The position numbers were made by a program, and so were the translations under genes. Positions 1-8,993 of a stretch of DNA of 64,000 nt are shown here, in pieces. The notes beneath the pieces are model-generated. The model worked only from the letters and a program-made list of their open reading frames with translations. It had not been told where the DNA came from and made no database searches. This DNA comes from Deltaproteobacteria bacterium (lineage in GTDB: Bacteria > Desulfobacterota > Binatia > HRBIN30 > CADEER01). The stretch spans positions 9,545-73,544 of the forward strand of contig JANRJF010000244.1 in assembly GCA_033764095.1 (NCBI GenBank), in the 5' to 3' direction. Every line of letters begins with the position of its first letter. The first letter of the stretch is position 1.

Positions 1-1106
1 AGGTCACCGGCACCGGCGAGCTGGGCGTCTTCCAGCGCGGCGATCACTGCGCCATCGACCTGTTCCCGGATCGGCGCCTGACCAACGCGTACTCGGGCAA
101 CGTCGCCGACATCTGCCCGGTCGGCGCGCTGACCAACAAGGATTTTCGCTTCCGCGCCCGCGTCTGGTACCTCGACCACACCGCGTCGGTCTGCACCACC
201 TGCGCGACCGGGTGCAACATCGACATCCATCATCGCCGCGGCGAGGTGCTGCGCTTCCGCCCGCGCCACAACGCCGACGTCAACCAGTACTGGATGTGCG
301 ACGAGGGGCGGCTGAGCTACAAGCGCCTGCAGGGCGAGGGGCGTCTGCTGCAACCGGTGGTGCGCGACGGCGCCGCCTGGGCGGTGCGCGGCTGGACGGA
401 GGCCCGCGCGCTGCTGCGCACGCGGCTGTCCGAGATCGTCGCGGCGCACGGCGCCGGGGCGGTCGCGGGCGTGGTGTCGGCGCAGGCGACCAACGAGGAG
501 ATCTTCCTGTTCGGGCGCCTGATGCGCGAGGCGCTCGGCGCGGCGGTGGCAACGCTGGCGTGGTCGCCGGTCGACGCGACGCGCGACGACTTCCTCATCG
601 ATGCCGACAAGAATCCGAACAGCGCCGGGCTGCGAGCGCTGCTGACGGACGTGGCCGACCTCGACCAGGTGCTCGCCGAGGCGCGCCGTGGCGCGGTGCG
701 CGGGCTGGTGCTGCTGCGCGCCGACCTGCACGCGGCGCGCGGCAGCGGCGTGCTCGACGCGCTCGGCGACGCGCTGGAGTTCGTTGCCGTGCTCGACACG
801 CACTTCGGCCCCACCGCCGAGATCGGCGATCTGCTGCTGCCGATCGCCACCTTCGCCGAGACCGACGGGACGTTCATCAACCGCGCCGGACGCGTGCAGC
901 GCGTGCACGAGGCGGTGCCGCCGCCGGCTCAATCGGCACGCGGTTGGCAGTTGCTCAGCGAGCTGCTCGGCGACGTCACCGGGGACGCGGTGCCGGTCGA
1001 CGCCAGTGCCGTCTTCACCGAGCTGGCGGCGACCCATGCGGCGTTCCGGCAGCTGTCCTACTCGCGCCTCGGCGAGCTCGGCCAACCGCTGGCCGCAGGC
1101 GCGTGA
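1..1106 (+). CDS. nuoG: NADH-quinone oxidoreductase subunit G-like (molybdopterin-oxidoreductase-fold), 5'-partial; reading frame starts at nt 3
   Basis: Frame starting at nt 3 translates VTGTGELGVFQRGDHCAIDLFPDRRLTNAYSGNVADICPVGALTNKDFRFRARVWYLDH...CTTCATGCNIDIHHRRGEVLRFRPRHNADVNQYWMCDEGR, typical of the NuoG Fe-S and MopB-like C-terminal region. Stop TGA at 1104-1106. The ORF track only lists the 246..1106 portion because there is no in-window Met. Confidence 0.7.
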   Translation, partial: VTGTGELGVFQRGDHCAIDLFPDRRLTNAYSGNVADICPVGALTNKDFRFRARVWYLDHTASVCTTCATGCNIDIHHRRGEVLRFRPRHNADVNQYWMCDEGRLSYKRLQGEGRLLQPVVRDGAAWAVRGWTEARALLRTRLSEIVAAHGAGAVAGVVSAQATNEEIFLFGRLMREALGAAVATLAWSPVDATRDDFLIDADKNPNSAGLRALLTDVADLDQVLAEARRGAVRGLVLLRADLHAARGSGVLDALGDALEFVAVLDTHFGPTAEIGDLLLPIATFAETDGTFINRAGRVQRVHEAVPPPAQSARGWQLLSELLGDVTGDAVPVDASAVFTELAATHAAFRQLSYSRLGELGQPLAAGA

Positions 1107-1110
1107 GCCG

Positions 1111-1407
1111 ATGCCGCCGATGACGGACGCCGACGATGCCGCGGCGCCGGCCTCGGGGAGTTACTACCGCGGCATTATCAAGCGGCTGTTCGTCGGCGCT
1201 GGGAGCGGCGTGGTGCTGTCGGACACCGGGCGCGAAATTCCCTTCCTGGCCCCGCACGTGCTGCTCACGGGTGCGGTCGATCGTTTTGCCAACCTGCGTG
1301 AAGGCATGCGGGTCGGCTTCGACGTCGGCTGGACGTCGCGTGGTCTGCGCGTCACCCTGCTGCACACCGGCGACGACGTGCAGGGCCCCGGCGGCGGCGC
1401 GGCCTGA
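1111..1407 (+). CDS. hypothetical small protein (98 aa)
   Basis: ATG 4 nt after the nuoG stop, in-frame part of ORF 688..1407 (…YYRGIIKRLFVGAGSGVVLSDTGREIPF…). Codon usage is GC3-rich like its neighbours. No recognised domain. Confidence 0.35.
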   Translation: MPPMTDADDAAAPASGSYYRGIIKRLFVGAGSGVVLSDTGREIPFLAPHVLLTGAVDRFANLREGMRVGFDVGWTSRGLRVTLLHTGDDVQGPGGGAA

Positions 1408-1411
1408 GGCT

Positions 1412-1780
1412 TCAGCCGGGGGCGAGCGCCAGCGAGGGCCGTCGCGCCCGCCAGTGCTGGAAGGCGCCGACGGCGGCCAGCAGCAGGCCGACGCCGGCGA
1501 TCAGTCGACCACCGGTGGCGAGCACGGCGTAGAAGTCGCGCTTCGCGGTGGCGATGTCGGCGGCGCTCGGACCGCGGTGCAGCCCGTCCAGCACGCGCGC
1601 GTTGGTGCGTGGCGAGAGGCGACGGAAATCCGCCAGCGATCCGGAATCGATCGCCTGCGGCGCGGCGGCGCGGGCGGCGTACTCAGCCAGCTTCGAGTGG
1701 CTTACGGCCCAGTTGCCGACCCCGAGCACGACCAACACCAGACCGATCGGCAGGGCGGGATAGCGCCAGAAGAACCGCAC
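1412..1780 (-). CDS. hypothetical membrane protein (2 predicted TM helices)
   Basis: 122-aa ORF with hydrophobic N- and C-terminal segments (LPIGLVLVVLGVGNWAV; LIAGVGLLLAAVGAF). No known domain recognised. Confidence 0.4.
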   Translation of the reverse strand: MRFFWRYPALPIGLVLVVLGVGNWAVSHSKLAEYAARAAAPQAIDSGSLADFRRLSPRTNARVLDGLHRGPSAADIATAKRDFYAVLATGGRLIAGVGLLLAAVGAFQHWRARRPSLALAPG

Positions 1781-1869
1781 GCGTCCGGGTTACCAGCCGC
1801 GCCGGGAGCCGACAAGGCGGACCCGGTTTGTAGTTTCGCCGAGGGGCGGTTAGGACAGGCGGACCGCGC

Positions 1870-2859
1870 ATGACCGAGCGCACTGCTTCGTTGATCGAGC
1901 GCATGCTGGCCGGCGACCGGGTCGCCCTGGCCAAGCTCATGACGCGGGTGGAGAGCCGCGAGCCCGACACCGCGGCGATCATGAGCCGCGTGCATTCGCT
2001 CACCGGTCGGGCGCGGGTCGTCGGCATCACCGGCCCGCCCGGCGCCGGCAAGTCGACGTTGGTGGATCGTCTGATCGGGGCGCTGCGGCAGCGCGATCTA
2101 CGCGTGGGAGTCATCGCCGTCGATCCGTCCAGCCCGTTCTCCGGCGGGGCGGTGCTCGGCGACCGCATCCGTATGCAGAGCCACTATCTCGACGACGGCG
2201 TCTTCATCCGCAGCCTCAGCGCGCGCGGCAACGTCGGCGGCCTGGCACGGGCGGCGCGCGACCTGTCACGCCTGTTGGCGGCGTTTGGGCAGGACGTGGT
2301 CATCGTCGAGACCGTCGGGGTGGGGCAGAACGAGTTCGACATCATGCGGCTGGCGGACACGGTGGTGGTCGTGCTGGTGCCGGAGGCCGGCGACACCATC
2401 CAGGCGATGAAGGCGGGCCTGCTGGAGATCGCCGACGTCTTCGTCGTCAACAAGGCCGACCGCGACGGCGCCGCGCGTATGAAGTCGGAGCTGGAGTTGA
2501 TGCTGCAGTTGCGCCCGGCTGGGGCATGGAGCGTGCCGGTGCTGTTGACCGTCGCCTCGGAGGGACGCGGCATCGACGAGCTGCTCGGCGTGCTCGACGC
2601 GCATCACGCGCACCTGCGCGAGAGCGGCGATGGCGCGCGCCGCGCCGCGGCGGGGCGCCACGAGGAGCTGGTCGCCGCGTTGCGCGATGAGCTCGGCCGC
2701 CGCCTCGACCGCGGCCTGCGGCAGGGACCGCTCGCCGCGCTGGCCGCGTCGGTGCGCGACGGGCTGGTCGATCCCTACGCCGCGTTGCGCCAGATCCTGG
2801 CGGATCGCGCCTTGCTGGAGTCGGTGCTGGCGCCGTCGGGAGCGGACGATTCGCCATGA
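1870..2859 (+). CDS. meaB: methylmalonyl-CoA mutase-associated GTPase MeaB/ArgK
   Basis: 329 aa. Walker A GITGPPGAGKSTL, and a G-motif VVNKAD(R)D. Whole-length similarity to the MeaB/ArgK G3E GTPase family. Confidence 0.9.
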   Translation: MTERTASLIERMLAGDRVALAKLMTRVESREPDTAAIMSRVHSLTGRARVVGITGPPGAGKSTLVDRLIGALRQRDLRVGVIAVDPSSPFSGGAVLGDRIRMQSHYLDDGVFIRSLSARGNVGGLARAARDLSRLLAAFGQDVVIVETVGVGQNEFDIMRLADTVVVVLVPEAGDTIQAMKAGLLEIADVFVVNKADRDGAARMKSELELMLQLRPAGAWSVPVLLTVASEGRGIDELLGVLDAHHAHLRESGDGARRAAAGRHEELVAALRDELGRRLDRGLRQGPLAALAASVRDGLVDPYAALRQILADRALLESVLAPSGADDSP

Positions 2860-3575
2860 GCGCCGGGCGCAGCTTCGTCATCGGCGACGTCCACGGCTGT
2901 CTCGACGAGGTCTGCCGACTGCTCGATGCGCTGGCGCCGACGAGTGACGATACGCTGTGCTGGTTGGGCGACTACCTGGACCGCGGTCCGGACCCGCGCG
3001 GCGTCGTCGAGCGCCTGATCCGGCTGCGCGGCGAGGGGCCGCGCTGCGTCTTCCTCAAGGGGAACCACGAGGACATGTTCCTCGCCTTCCTCGGCCTCGG
3101 CGGCCGGCACGGCGAGGCATTCCTGTGGAACGGCGGCGATGCGACGCTGGCCAGCTACGGCCTCGACGGCATGAGCGGCGCGGCCTGTGCCGAGCGCCTG
3201 CCGCCGGCCCATCACGAGTTCCTGCGCAGCTTGCAGACGCACGCGCGCGTCGCCGGCTGCCTGTGCGTCCACGCCGGTGTGCGGCCGACGCGGCCGCTGA
3301 ACGCCCAGCTGGAGGAAGACCTGTTGTGGATCCGCGAGGATTTCCTCGGCCATCCACATCCGTTCGAGTGCACGGTGTTGTTCGGCCACACGCCGCACCG
3401 CGACGTGCTGCTCGATCTGCCGTACAAGGTCGGTCTCGACACCGGCCTGGTGTACGGCAATCGCCTCAGCTGCCTGGAGGTCGAGTCGAGCAGCCTGTGG
3501 CAGATCGAGCGCGGCGCGCGGCAGGTCACCAGGCGCGGGCTCGGCGCGGCGCTGCAGCGCGGCAACCCGGCTTGA
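2856..3575 (+). CDS. metallophosphoesterase / Ser-Thr protein phosphatase family protein (ApaH/PrpE-like)
   Basis: Calcineurin-like motifs GDVHGC, GDYLDRGP and GNHE. The ATG overlaps the meaB stop (ATGA). Confidence 0.85.
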   Translation: MSAGRSFVIGDVHGCLDEVCRLLDALAPTSDDTLCWLGDYLDRGPDPRGVVERLIRLRGEGPRCVFLKGNHEDMFLAFLGLGGRHGEAFLWNGGDATLASYGLDGMSGAACAERLPPAHHEFLRSLQTHARVAGCLCVHAGVRPTRPLNAQLEEDLLWIREDFLGHPHPFECTVLFGHTPHRDVLLDLPYKVGLDTGLVYGNRLSCLEVESSSLWQIERGARQVTRRGLGAALQRGNPA

Positions 3576-3611
3576 CTTGCCGCGCCCCCATCCTCTAGCC
3601 CTCGCGGTCGT

Positions 3612-3688
3612 GGCGGCGTAGCTCAGGTGGCTAGAGCACGGGTCTCATAATCCCGGTGTCGAGTGTTCGAGTCACTCCGCCGCCACCA
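3612..3688 (+). tRNA. tRNA with CAT anticodon (elongator Met or lysidine-Ile2; G1-C72 paired so not an initiator), CCA encoded
   Basis: Cloverleaf read by eye. Acceptor GGCGGCG/CGCCGCC, D-stem GCTC/GAGC, anticodon loop CTCATAA, T-arm GAGTG-TTCGAGT-CACTC, 3' ACCA. Confidence 0.8.
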
Positions 3689-3842
3689 TTTTTCCAGCGG
3701 TTGCGGCGCCCCGGCATCGATGGCGGTGCTGGGGCGTTCGCGCAGCAAAACGACGGGCTGATCATTTCGCACGTCGCGCGCCAGGCGGGAGGCGCAGGCC
3801 GCGGCGTCGAATAAAGCCGATCGCGACGCCGTCTCAGGGGAC

Positions 3843-4307
3843 GTGAACCGCCTAGCGAAACACGACCTCCCGAAGCGCCGAGTGGCTGCGCGGCTGCGCC
3901 GCATGGGTCTCTCGGTCCAGCCCGTCTCACCCGCAACCGGCTACGATCTGCTGATCAACGGCGAGACGCGCGTCACCCTGCGTGTGGCCTTTCCTGGGCT
4001 GCGCCGACACCGCGTCACCGTTGGTGGGCGCCGCTACCAGTACCGCTACCGCACCTGGCACTTCAACTTCCACCACCACGGCCGCCTGAAGGAACGCTAC
4101 ACCGACTTCTTCATCTGCCTCGGGGTGACGCCCGGCGAGCGCCAGAAGCAAGAGCTGTTCGTCATCCCCTGGGATGCGGTGACCGGCAAGACCTTCTCGC
4201 TGCATGGGGGCCGTACCGCCTACAAGGGTCGCTATGCCGCCTACCGCGACGCCTGGGAGTTGATCGCGCAGCCCGCTCCAGCGCACGCGCTACGCAGCGT
4301 CGCCTGA
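3843..4307 (+). CDS. hypothetical protein (154 aa) between two tRNA genes
   Basis: GTG start preceded by AGGGGA. No recognised domain (…GYDLLINGETRVTLRVAF…FVIPWDAVTGKTFSL…). Its position directly downstream of a tRNA suggests an islet remnant. Confidence 0.45.
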   Translation: MNRLAKHDLPKRRVAARLRRMGLSVQPVSPATGYDLLINGETRVTLRVAFPGLRRHRVTVGGRRYQYRYRTWHFNFHHHGRLKERYTDFFICLGVTPGERQKQELFVIPWDAVTGKTFSLHGGRTAYKGRYAAYRDAWELIAQPAPAHALRSVA

Positions 4308-4505
4308 GCGGGCAGCCAGCAGAACGGCTGGCGATCGCGCCTAGCAGTCAATCGGCATCCGCCGCCGCGCGCGTGTCAGCAGCGCCGGCGGCAGCACTGC
4401 CTAGGCACGAACGAGGCGATTGTTGCCCGATCCCATGTAGTGGGGTAGGAAGACCTCCCGATTGTGCGGCCGACAGCGCCGCCAGAAACGCGAGGAGAGT
4501 CGACC

Positions 4506-4733
4506 ATGAAGCGGGATCTGAAGCTCGAGGACCTCAAGGAACGCAGCGAGATCGTGCCGATGCGGCTGTTGTCGGTGCGCGTGCCGGTGGATCTGATCCA
4601 GCGCATCGACGACGTCGTCGATCTGCTCAACGCCGGCAAGGGCGAGGTGGTGGTGGCACTGCTGAACGAGGGCCTCGGCCGGTACGACAAGGCCAAGGGC
4701 GGCGTGCGCAAGCGCGTCAAAGGCAAGCGCTGA
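4506..4733 (+). CDS. ribbon-helix-helix (CopG/Arc/MetJ-like) small DNA-binding protein
   Basis: 75 aa from ATG 4506 with RBS GAGGAGAG. N-terminal LSVRVPVDLIQRIDDVV is a β-strand-then-helix RHH pattern. Basic C-terminal tail. Confidence 0.5.
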   Translation: MKRDLKLEDLKERSEIVPMRLLSVRVPVDLIQRIDDVVDLLNAGKGEVVVALLNEGLGRYDKAKGGVRKRVKGKR

Positions 4734-4790
4734 GCGCGTCACACCCTTGGTTGCGTTGCGTCAGCAGGCCGTGTTAGCTGCCGCACGCAC

Positions 4791-4863
4791 GGCGGCGTAC
4801 CCAAGTGGCTAAGGGAGAGGTCTGCAAAACCTCCATGCAGCGGTTCGAATCCGCTCGCCGCCT
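4791..4863 (+). tRNA. tRNA-Cys (GCA)
   Basis: Acceptor GGCGGCG/CGCCGCC, anticodon stem GAGGT/ACCTC with loop CTGCAAA, T-arm AGCGG-TTCGAAT-CCGCT. No CCA encoded. Confidence 0.85.
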
Positions 4864-5000
4864 CTTTCTCTCCCTCCCGGCGCGTTGAATCGCGCCACCG
4901 CGCCACGCTCGACCGGCATTGCGACGGTTGGCGTGGCGCCACGCCGGCGGGAATCGCGCCGGGGTTGGCCATGTTCATCACAGCCAACCCCGGCTGCAGG

Positions 5001-5073
5001 CTCCCCGGGCCGGACTCGAACCAGCGACCAATCGGTTAACAGCCGATTGCTCTACCAACTGAGCTACCGGGGA
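5001..5073 (-). tRNA. tRNA-Asn (GTT)
   Basis: Reverse complement reads TCCCCGGTAGCTCAGTTGGTAGAGCAATCGGCTGTTAACCGATTGGTCGCTGGTTCGAGTCCGGCCCGGGGAG. Anticodon loop CTGTTAA. Confidence 0.85.
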
Positions 5074-5370
5074 TCACGCCTGGAGTCGCGTGACGCGGTT
5101 GCGTCAACGCGATCGCAGTCGGCTACCACACGGGTTTGACGCGGGCAAGCCAACGGCGGTCGTCGCGTGTCTGTCGCCGCGCGCGCGGCATGCTGGACGA
5201 TGCGCGGGAGGCGACGTGTTCCCGCTGGGTTACGGGCGATCGACGGTGGCGGCGCGGTGTGCGAGAAGGCGCCGGTGAATCGCTTGACAGAAAATTTCGG
5301 AACGTATTTCAATGCAGGTAATCCAGTCGATAACGGCAACTTACCTCGGGCACGAAAGAAGGGAGCGTCC

Positions 5371-6711
5371 ATGAAGAGTCTTCTCTGGTTTGCCGCCGGG
5401 TGCGCTGCGCTGCTGTGCGTTGGCGCGCAAGCCCAGGCGCAGTGTGTCGGTGATTGTAATGGCGACGGTCAGGTGACGATCAACGAGTTGATCACCGGCG
5501 TGAACATCGCCCTCGGCAGCTCGCCGGTCAGTGCCTGTCCGTCGTTCGACGAGAACGGCGACGGCGAGGTTTCGATCAACGAGCTGATCAAGGCGGTCAA
5601 CATCGCGCTCGGCGCGCCGTGTGGCGGCGACGGGGTCTGCGGCGACGGCAACGTGAACGTGCCGGGCGAAACCTGCGACGACGGCAACAACTTCGGTGGT
5701 GATGGCTGCGCGGCCAACTGCACCGAGGAGGATGCCCGCGCCGGTGTCTTCGACAGCACCAAGACCAAGGCGACGGTGCAGACGCAGGCCTTCCCGATCA
5801 CGCTGAACATCTCGGGTCGCCAGACCTTCCGCACCGGCAAGGCGCGCGATACGGCCGTCACGACCAAGGAAGGTCCGTCGTTTGCGCCGGGCGAGATTCC
5901 GGTGGTGATCAAGTCCGAGGAGCTGCTGTTCGATCCGGTCAGCGTGCCGGGTCTGGTGTGCGCCTGCGTGCGCGGCGTCGACGTGCCGGAGTTTGGCCCG
6001 GGTGTCTCGGCTCGCGGCTCGATCGGCTGCGGCGATACCGGCCTGACCGACATCAGCTACCGGCTCATCCAGGACCACAACACGACGCCGGGGAGCCCGG
6101 GCAACAAGGCGCCGGGCGGCTCGCCGGACGACCCGGAGTGCGACAACGTCTCGCAGCTGCCGGGTGGCGTGACTGCCAACGCCTGCAAGGAGCAGACGGG
6201 CGAGAGCTGCAGCCTGCCGTCGAACCTGCACGGTGGCGTCTGCATCGGTCCGCGCACGCTGACTCCGTCTGGCGGTACGGCGCCGCGCGGCTCGGCGATC
6301 ATCCTCAACAACAGCTCGATCAGCCTGCTGCAGGACGCCGGCAACTGCGCCGAGAAGCGCAATCCGAATGGCTCGTGCACCTTCCCGCAGTACGGCCCCG
6401 ACTGTAAGCCGTGCACGGCGGACGACGAGATCATGCAGGAGCCGAACCTGCTGCCCACCACGACCGGCAGCTCCGAGGCTGCGGTCTATGACCTCAACAA
6501 CGACGGCACCGGTGCCATCATGGACAAGGACCAGTCGTGCTTCGGCTCCCCCTGCCTGACCTCGGGCGAGGGCTCGGTGTTCGACTGCGAGGAGCTGGCG
6601 AACAACCCGACCGGCGGTCTGTCGGGCGGCTCGATCTCGGTGTCCTTCCCGGCCATCGACTCGGCCACCATCGGCGACAACGTCACCACGACGGTGTTCT
6701 TCAACCAGTAA
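5371..6711 (+). CDS. secreted protein with dockerin-like EF-hand repeats and Myxococcus-type cysteine-rich repeat
   Basis: ATG with RBS GAAGGGAG, then signal peptide MKSLLWFAAGCAALLCVGAQAQA. Two DCNGDGQVTINELI / DENGDGEVSINELI dockerin-type Ca-binding repeats. CGDGNVNVPGETCDDGNNFGGDGCAANC matches the myxo Cys-rich repeat. Confidence 0.8.
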   Translation: MKSLLWFAAGCAALLCVGAQAQAQCVGDCNGDGQVTINELITGVNIALGSSPVSACPSFDENGDGEVSINELIKAVNIALGAPCGGDGVCGDGNVNVPGETCDDGNNFGGDGCAANCTEEDARAGVFDSTKTKATVQTQAFPITLNISGRQTFRTGKARDTAVTTKEGPSFAPGEIPVVIKSEELLFDPVSVPGLVCACVRGVDVPEFGPGVSARGSIGCGDTGLTDISYRLIQDHNTTPGSPGNKAPGGSPDDPECDNVSQLPGGVTANACKEQTGESCSLPSNLHGGVCIGPRTLTPSGGTAPRGSAIILNNSSISLLQDAGNCAEKRNPNGSCTFPQYGPDCKPCTADDEIMQEPNLLPTTTGSSEAAVYDLNNDGTGAIMDKDQSCFGSPCLTSGEGSVFDCEELANNPTGGLSGGSISVSFPAIDSATIGDNVTTTVFFNQ

Positions 6712-6828
6712 GCCGACCGCCGCGATGGCGGTCTGAACCAGCGGGGGGTGATGCGAAAGCATCACCCCCCTTTCTTTTGCGTTCGGTCGGAAGGTGGCGC
6801 GGCGCGATGCGCCGCACGCCACACGGCC

Positions 6829-7491
6829 TTACGGCAGGATCAACGCCGAGCGCAGCCGCGCGTCGAGGAACCCGACCAGGTCGCGCAGACTGGGCGCACT
6901 GATCTCGTGCCCCATCGGATACTCGCGGTAGGTCACGTCGGCGCCGAGCTGGCGCAGCCGCTCCACCGATTCGCGCCCGCGCGCCACCTCGATCAGCTCG
7001 TCATCGGCGCCGTGCTGCACCAGTACGGGTAGGCCGTCGAGGCGCGGGGCGTTCGACGGGTCGAAGAGACCGGGCGCGAACCAGGTGGAGAGCGCCGCGA
7101 CGGCTGCCAACCGCAGGCGCGGACGCAGCGCCTGCGCGTAGGCCATGACGCCGCCCTGGCTGAAGCCGAGCAGGGCGACGCGGTCGGGGTTGATCGGATA
7201 GCGCCGCAGGCTGGCGTCGACGAAGCCGTCGAGCGCGGCGGTGGCGCGTGCGAACGCCACCGGGTCGGGCGGCGCACCCATGGTGATCGGAAACCAGCCG
7301 TAGCCGGTCATGCCGCCACCGATCGGCACCTCGATCGGCCCCTGCGGACAGAGCACCAGGTAGTTGCCGCCGCCGAGGTGCGGCGCCAGGCCGAGCAGGT
7401 CGAGCGCATTGGCGCCCCAGCCGTGCAGAGCGAAGACAGTGGGATGCGGCCCGTCGCCGCTCGGTTCGTGGAGCGCGTGCACCAACTGCAT
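6829..7491 (-). CDS. phospholipase/carboxylesterase-family α/β-hydrolase
   Basis: 220 aa from MQLVHALHEPSGDG…, with GFSQGG nucleophile-elbow motif. Its ATG overlaps the stop of the upstream kinase (ATGA at 7488-7491). Confidence 0.8.
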   Translation of the reverse strand: MQLVHALHEPSGDGPHPTVFALHGWGANALDLLGLAPHLGGGNYLVLCPQGPIEVPIGGGMTGYGWFPITMGAPPDPVAFARATAALDGFVDASLRRYPINPDRVALLGFSQGGVMAYAQALRPRLRLAAVAALSTWFAPGLFDPSNAPRLDGLPVLVQHGADDELIEVARGRESVERLRQLGADVTYREYPMGHEISAPSLRDLVGFLDARLRSALILP

Positions 7492-8987
7492 CAGACCGAC
7501 AGTCCTTCCATGGTTGCGTACAGCTCGCACCACTTGGCGTAGGTGCTGTCGAGCGCCGCGCGCCGCCCGGTGTCGGGATGCACCTCGGTGTGCGCGCACA
7601 TGGCGCGCGCTGCCGCGGCCAGATCCCCATAGGCGCCGCTGCCGGCGGCCACCAGCATGGCGCAGCCGAGGCCGGTGCTCTGCGGTTCGACCGCGCGGCG
7701 GATCGGCACGCCGACGCAGTCGGCGGCCCACTGCATCAGCAGATCGTTGCGCGACATGCCGCCGCCGGCGATCAAGGTCGTGACGGTGCGGCCGGTGACC
7801 GCCTCGATCTGCGCCAGGTTGGCGCGCAGTGCGTAGGCGATGCTCTCGAAGAAGGCGCGCAGCAGGTCGCCGGCAGTCGGGCGCAGTTGCAGGCTCGGGA
7901 AGCGGAAGAACACGCCGCCGGGCATGTCGGGCCGCATCTTGGTCAGGTCGAAGACGCGCGGTCCGATGAAGCTGTACGTCCCGCCGGCCTGCGCGGCCGC
8001 CGCCAGCAGGTTGGCGCGAGCATGCCGGTCCGCCCCGTCCGGCACCAGCAGATCGAGCAGCCACAGGTACGCGTCACCGGTGCTGCCGAGATTCGACTCC
8101 AGGACCCAGCGCTCCGGCACGACGTGCAGCCCCGCCCACAGGTTGGCGCGCGGATCGAACAGGGGACGATCGACGACCAGCTGGATCGGACTGGTGGTGC
8201 CGAGCACGACGGCGACGTCGTCGACCTGCAGCGCGCCGGCGCCGAGCAGCGCGCACTGCGTATCGGCGCCGCCGGTGAACACCGGCGTGCCTTCGAGGAG
8301 CCCAGTCTGCGCGGCCGCCGCCGCATGCACGGCGCCGACGCGCGTGCCGGAGGCGAAGACGGGCGGCAACACTGCGGCGGGAATCTCGAACTGCGCCAGG
8401 ATCTCCTCCGACCAGGCGCGCGTGCGCACGTCGAACAGCATCGACTCGGTGGCGTTGGATGGCTCGGTGCTGGCGACGCCCGACAGCCGAAAGGTCATCC
8501 AGTCGTTGATCATCAGCAGCCGCGCCGCCGGCGTGCCGCCCCGCTTGCGGTACCAGAGATAGCGCGCCAGCGGGAAGATGAACGGCGCCGAGTGGCCGGT
8601 GATCTCGTAGAGGCGCTCGCCGCCGAGCGCGCCGAGCACCTCGATGCCTTCCATGAAAGCGCGGCTGTCGAGGTTGGGACCGGCGTAGAGCTCGCGGCCG
8701 TCGGCGTCGAGCAGGACGCACCCCTCGCGCTGGCTGGTGGTCGCGACGCCGACGATGTCGGCCGCGGCGACCCCGCAATCGGCCAGCGCGGCGCGCGTGC
8801 AGCGCGTCAGGATGGTCCAGAACTGCGCCGGATCGAAGGCGTACTCCTTCACCACCGGCAGGTCGGGATTGGCGACGACGGTGTAGTCCCAGCGCTCGGC
8901 CCGCAGCGCCAGCAGGCGTCCGGCGAGGTCGAAGACGGAGCACTTCGCGCCGCCCGTACCGGCGTCGAGAACGGCGATCGCCGGCAT
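7491..8987 (-). CDS. FGGY-family carbohydrate kinase (xylulokinase/glycerol-kinase-like)
   Basis: 498 aa. N-terminal AVLDAGTGGAKCSVFD and C-terminal GGGMSRNDLLMQWAADCVGVPI motifs of the FGGY family. Confidence 0.85.
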   Translation of the reverse strand: MPAIAVLDAGTGGAKCSVFDLAGRLLALRAERWDYTVVANPDLPVVKEYAFDPAQFWTILTRCTRAALADCGVAAADIVGVATTSQREGCVLLDADGRELYAGPNLDSRAFMEGIEVLGALGGERLYEITGHSAPFIFPLARYLWYRKRGGTPAARLLMINDWMTFRLSGVASTEPSNATESMLFDVRTRAWSEEILAQFEIPAAVLPPVFASGTRVGAVHAAAAAQTGLLEGTPVFTGGADTQCALLGAGALQVDDVAVVLGTTSPIQLVVDRPLFDPRANLWAGLHVVPERWVLESNLGSTGDAYLWLLDLLVPDGADRHARANLLAAAAQAGGTYSFIGPRVFDLTKMRPDMPGGVFFRFPSLQLRPTAGDLLRAFFESIAYALRANLAQIEAVTGRTVTTLIAGGGMSRNDLLMQWAADCVGVPIRRAVEPQSTGLGCAMLVAAGSGAYGDLAAAARAMCAHTEVHPDTGRRAALDSTYAKWCELYATMEGLSV

Positions 8988-8993
8988 GGACGG

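Noticed and set aside
212-1123. 303-aa Arg/Ala-rich ORF overlapping nuoG in another frame, together with several similar long alternate-frame ORFs (5341..6822 -, 7578..10439 +, 20099..21661 -, 21456..24851 -, 28642..31521 -, 34991..38965 -, 38496..41249 -)
   Set aside because: In 70%-GC DNA stop codons are rare in every frame. These ORFs overlap genes with clear family signatures, have low-complexity R/A/G/P-rich translations and lack RBSs. Treated as spurious.
3843-4307. Calling the 154-aa tRNA-adjacent protein a PD-(D/E)XK nuclease
   Set aside because: Only a vague D…E pattern with no conserved Lys. Insufficient to support any fold assignment without HHpred.
4350-4366. CCGCCGCC echo of the tRNA-Met 3' end as an attR site
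   Set aside because: Only about 9 nt match, and in 70%-GC DNA such GC-rich nonamers occur by chance. Mentioned as weak support only.
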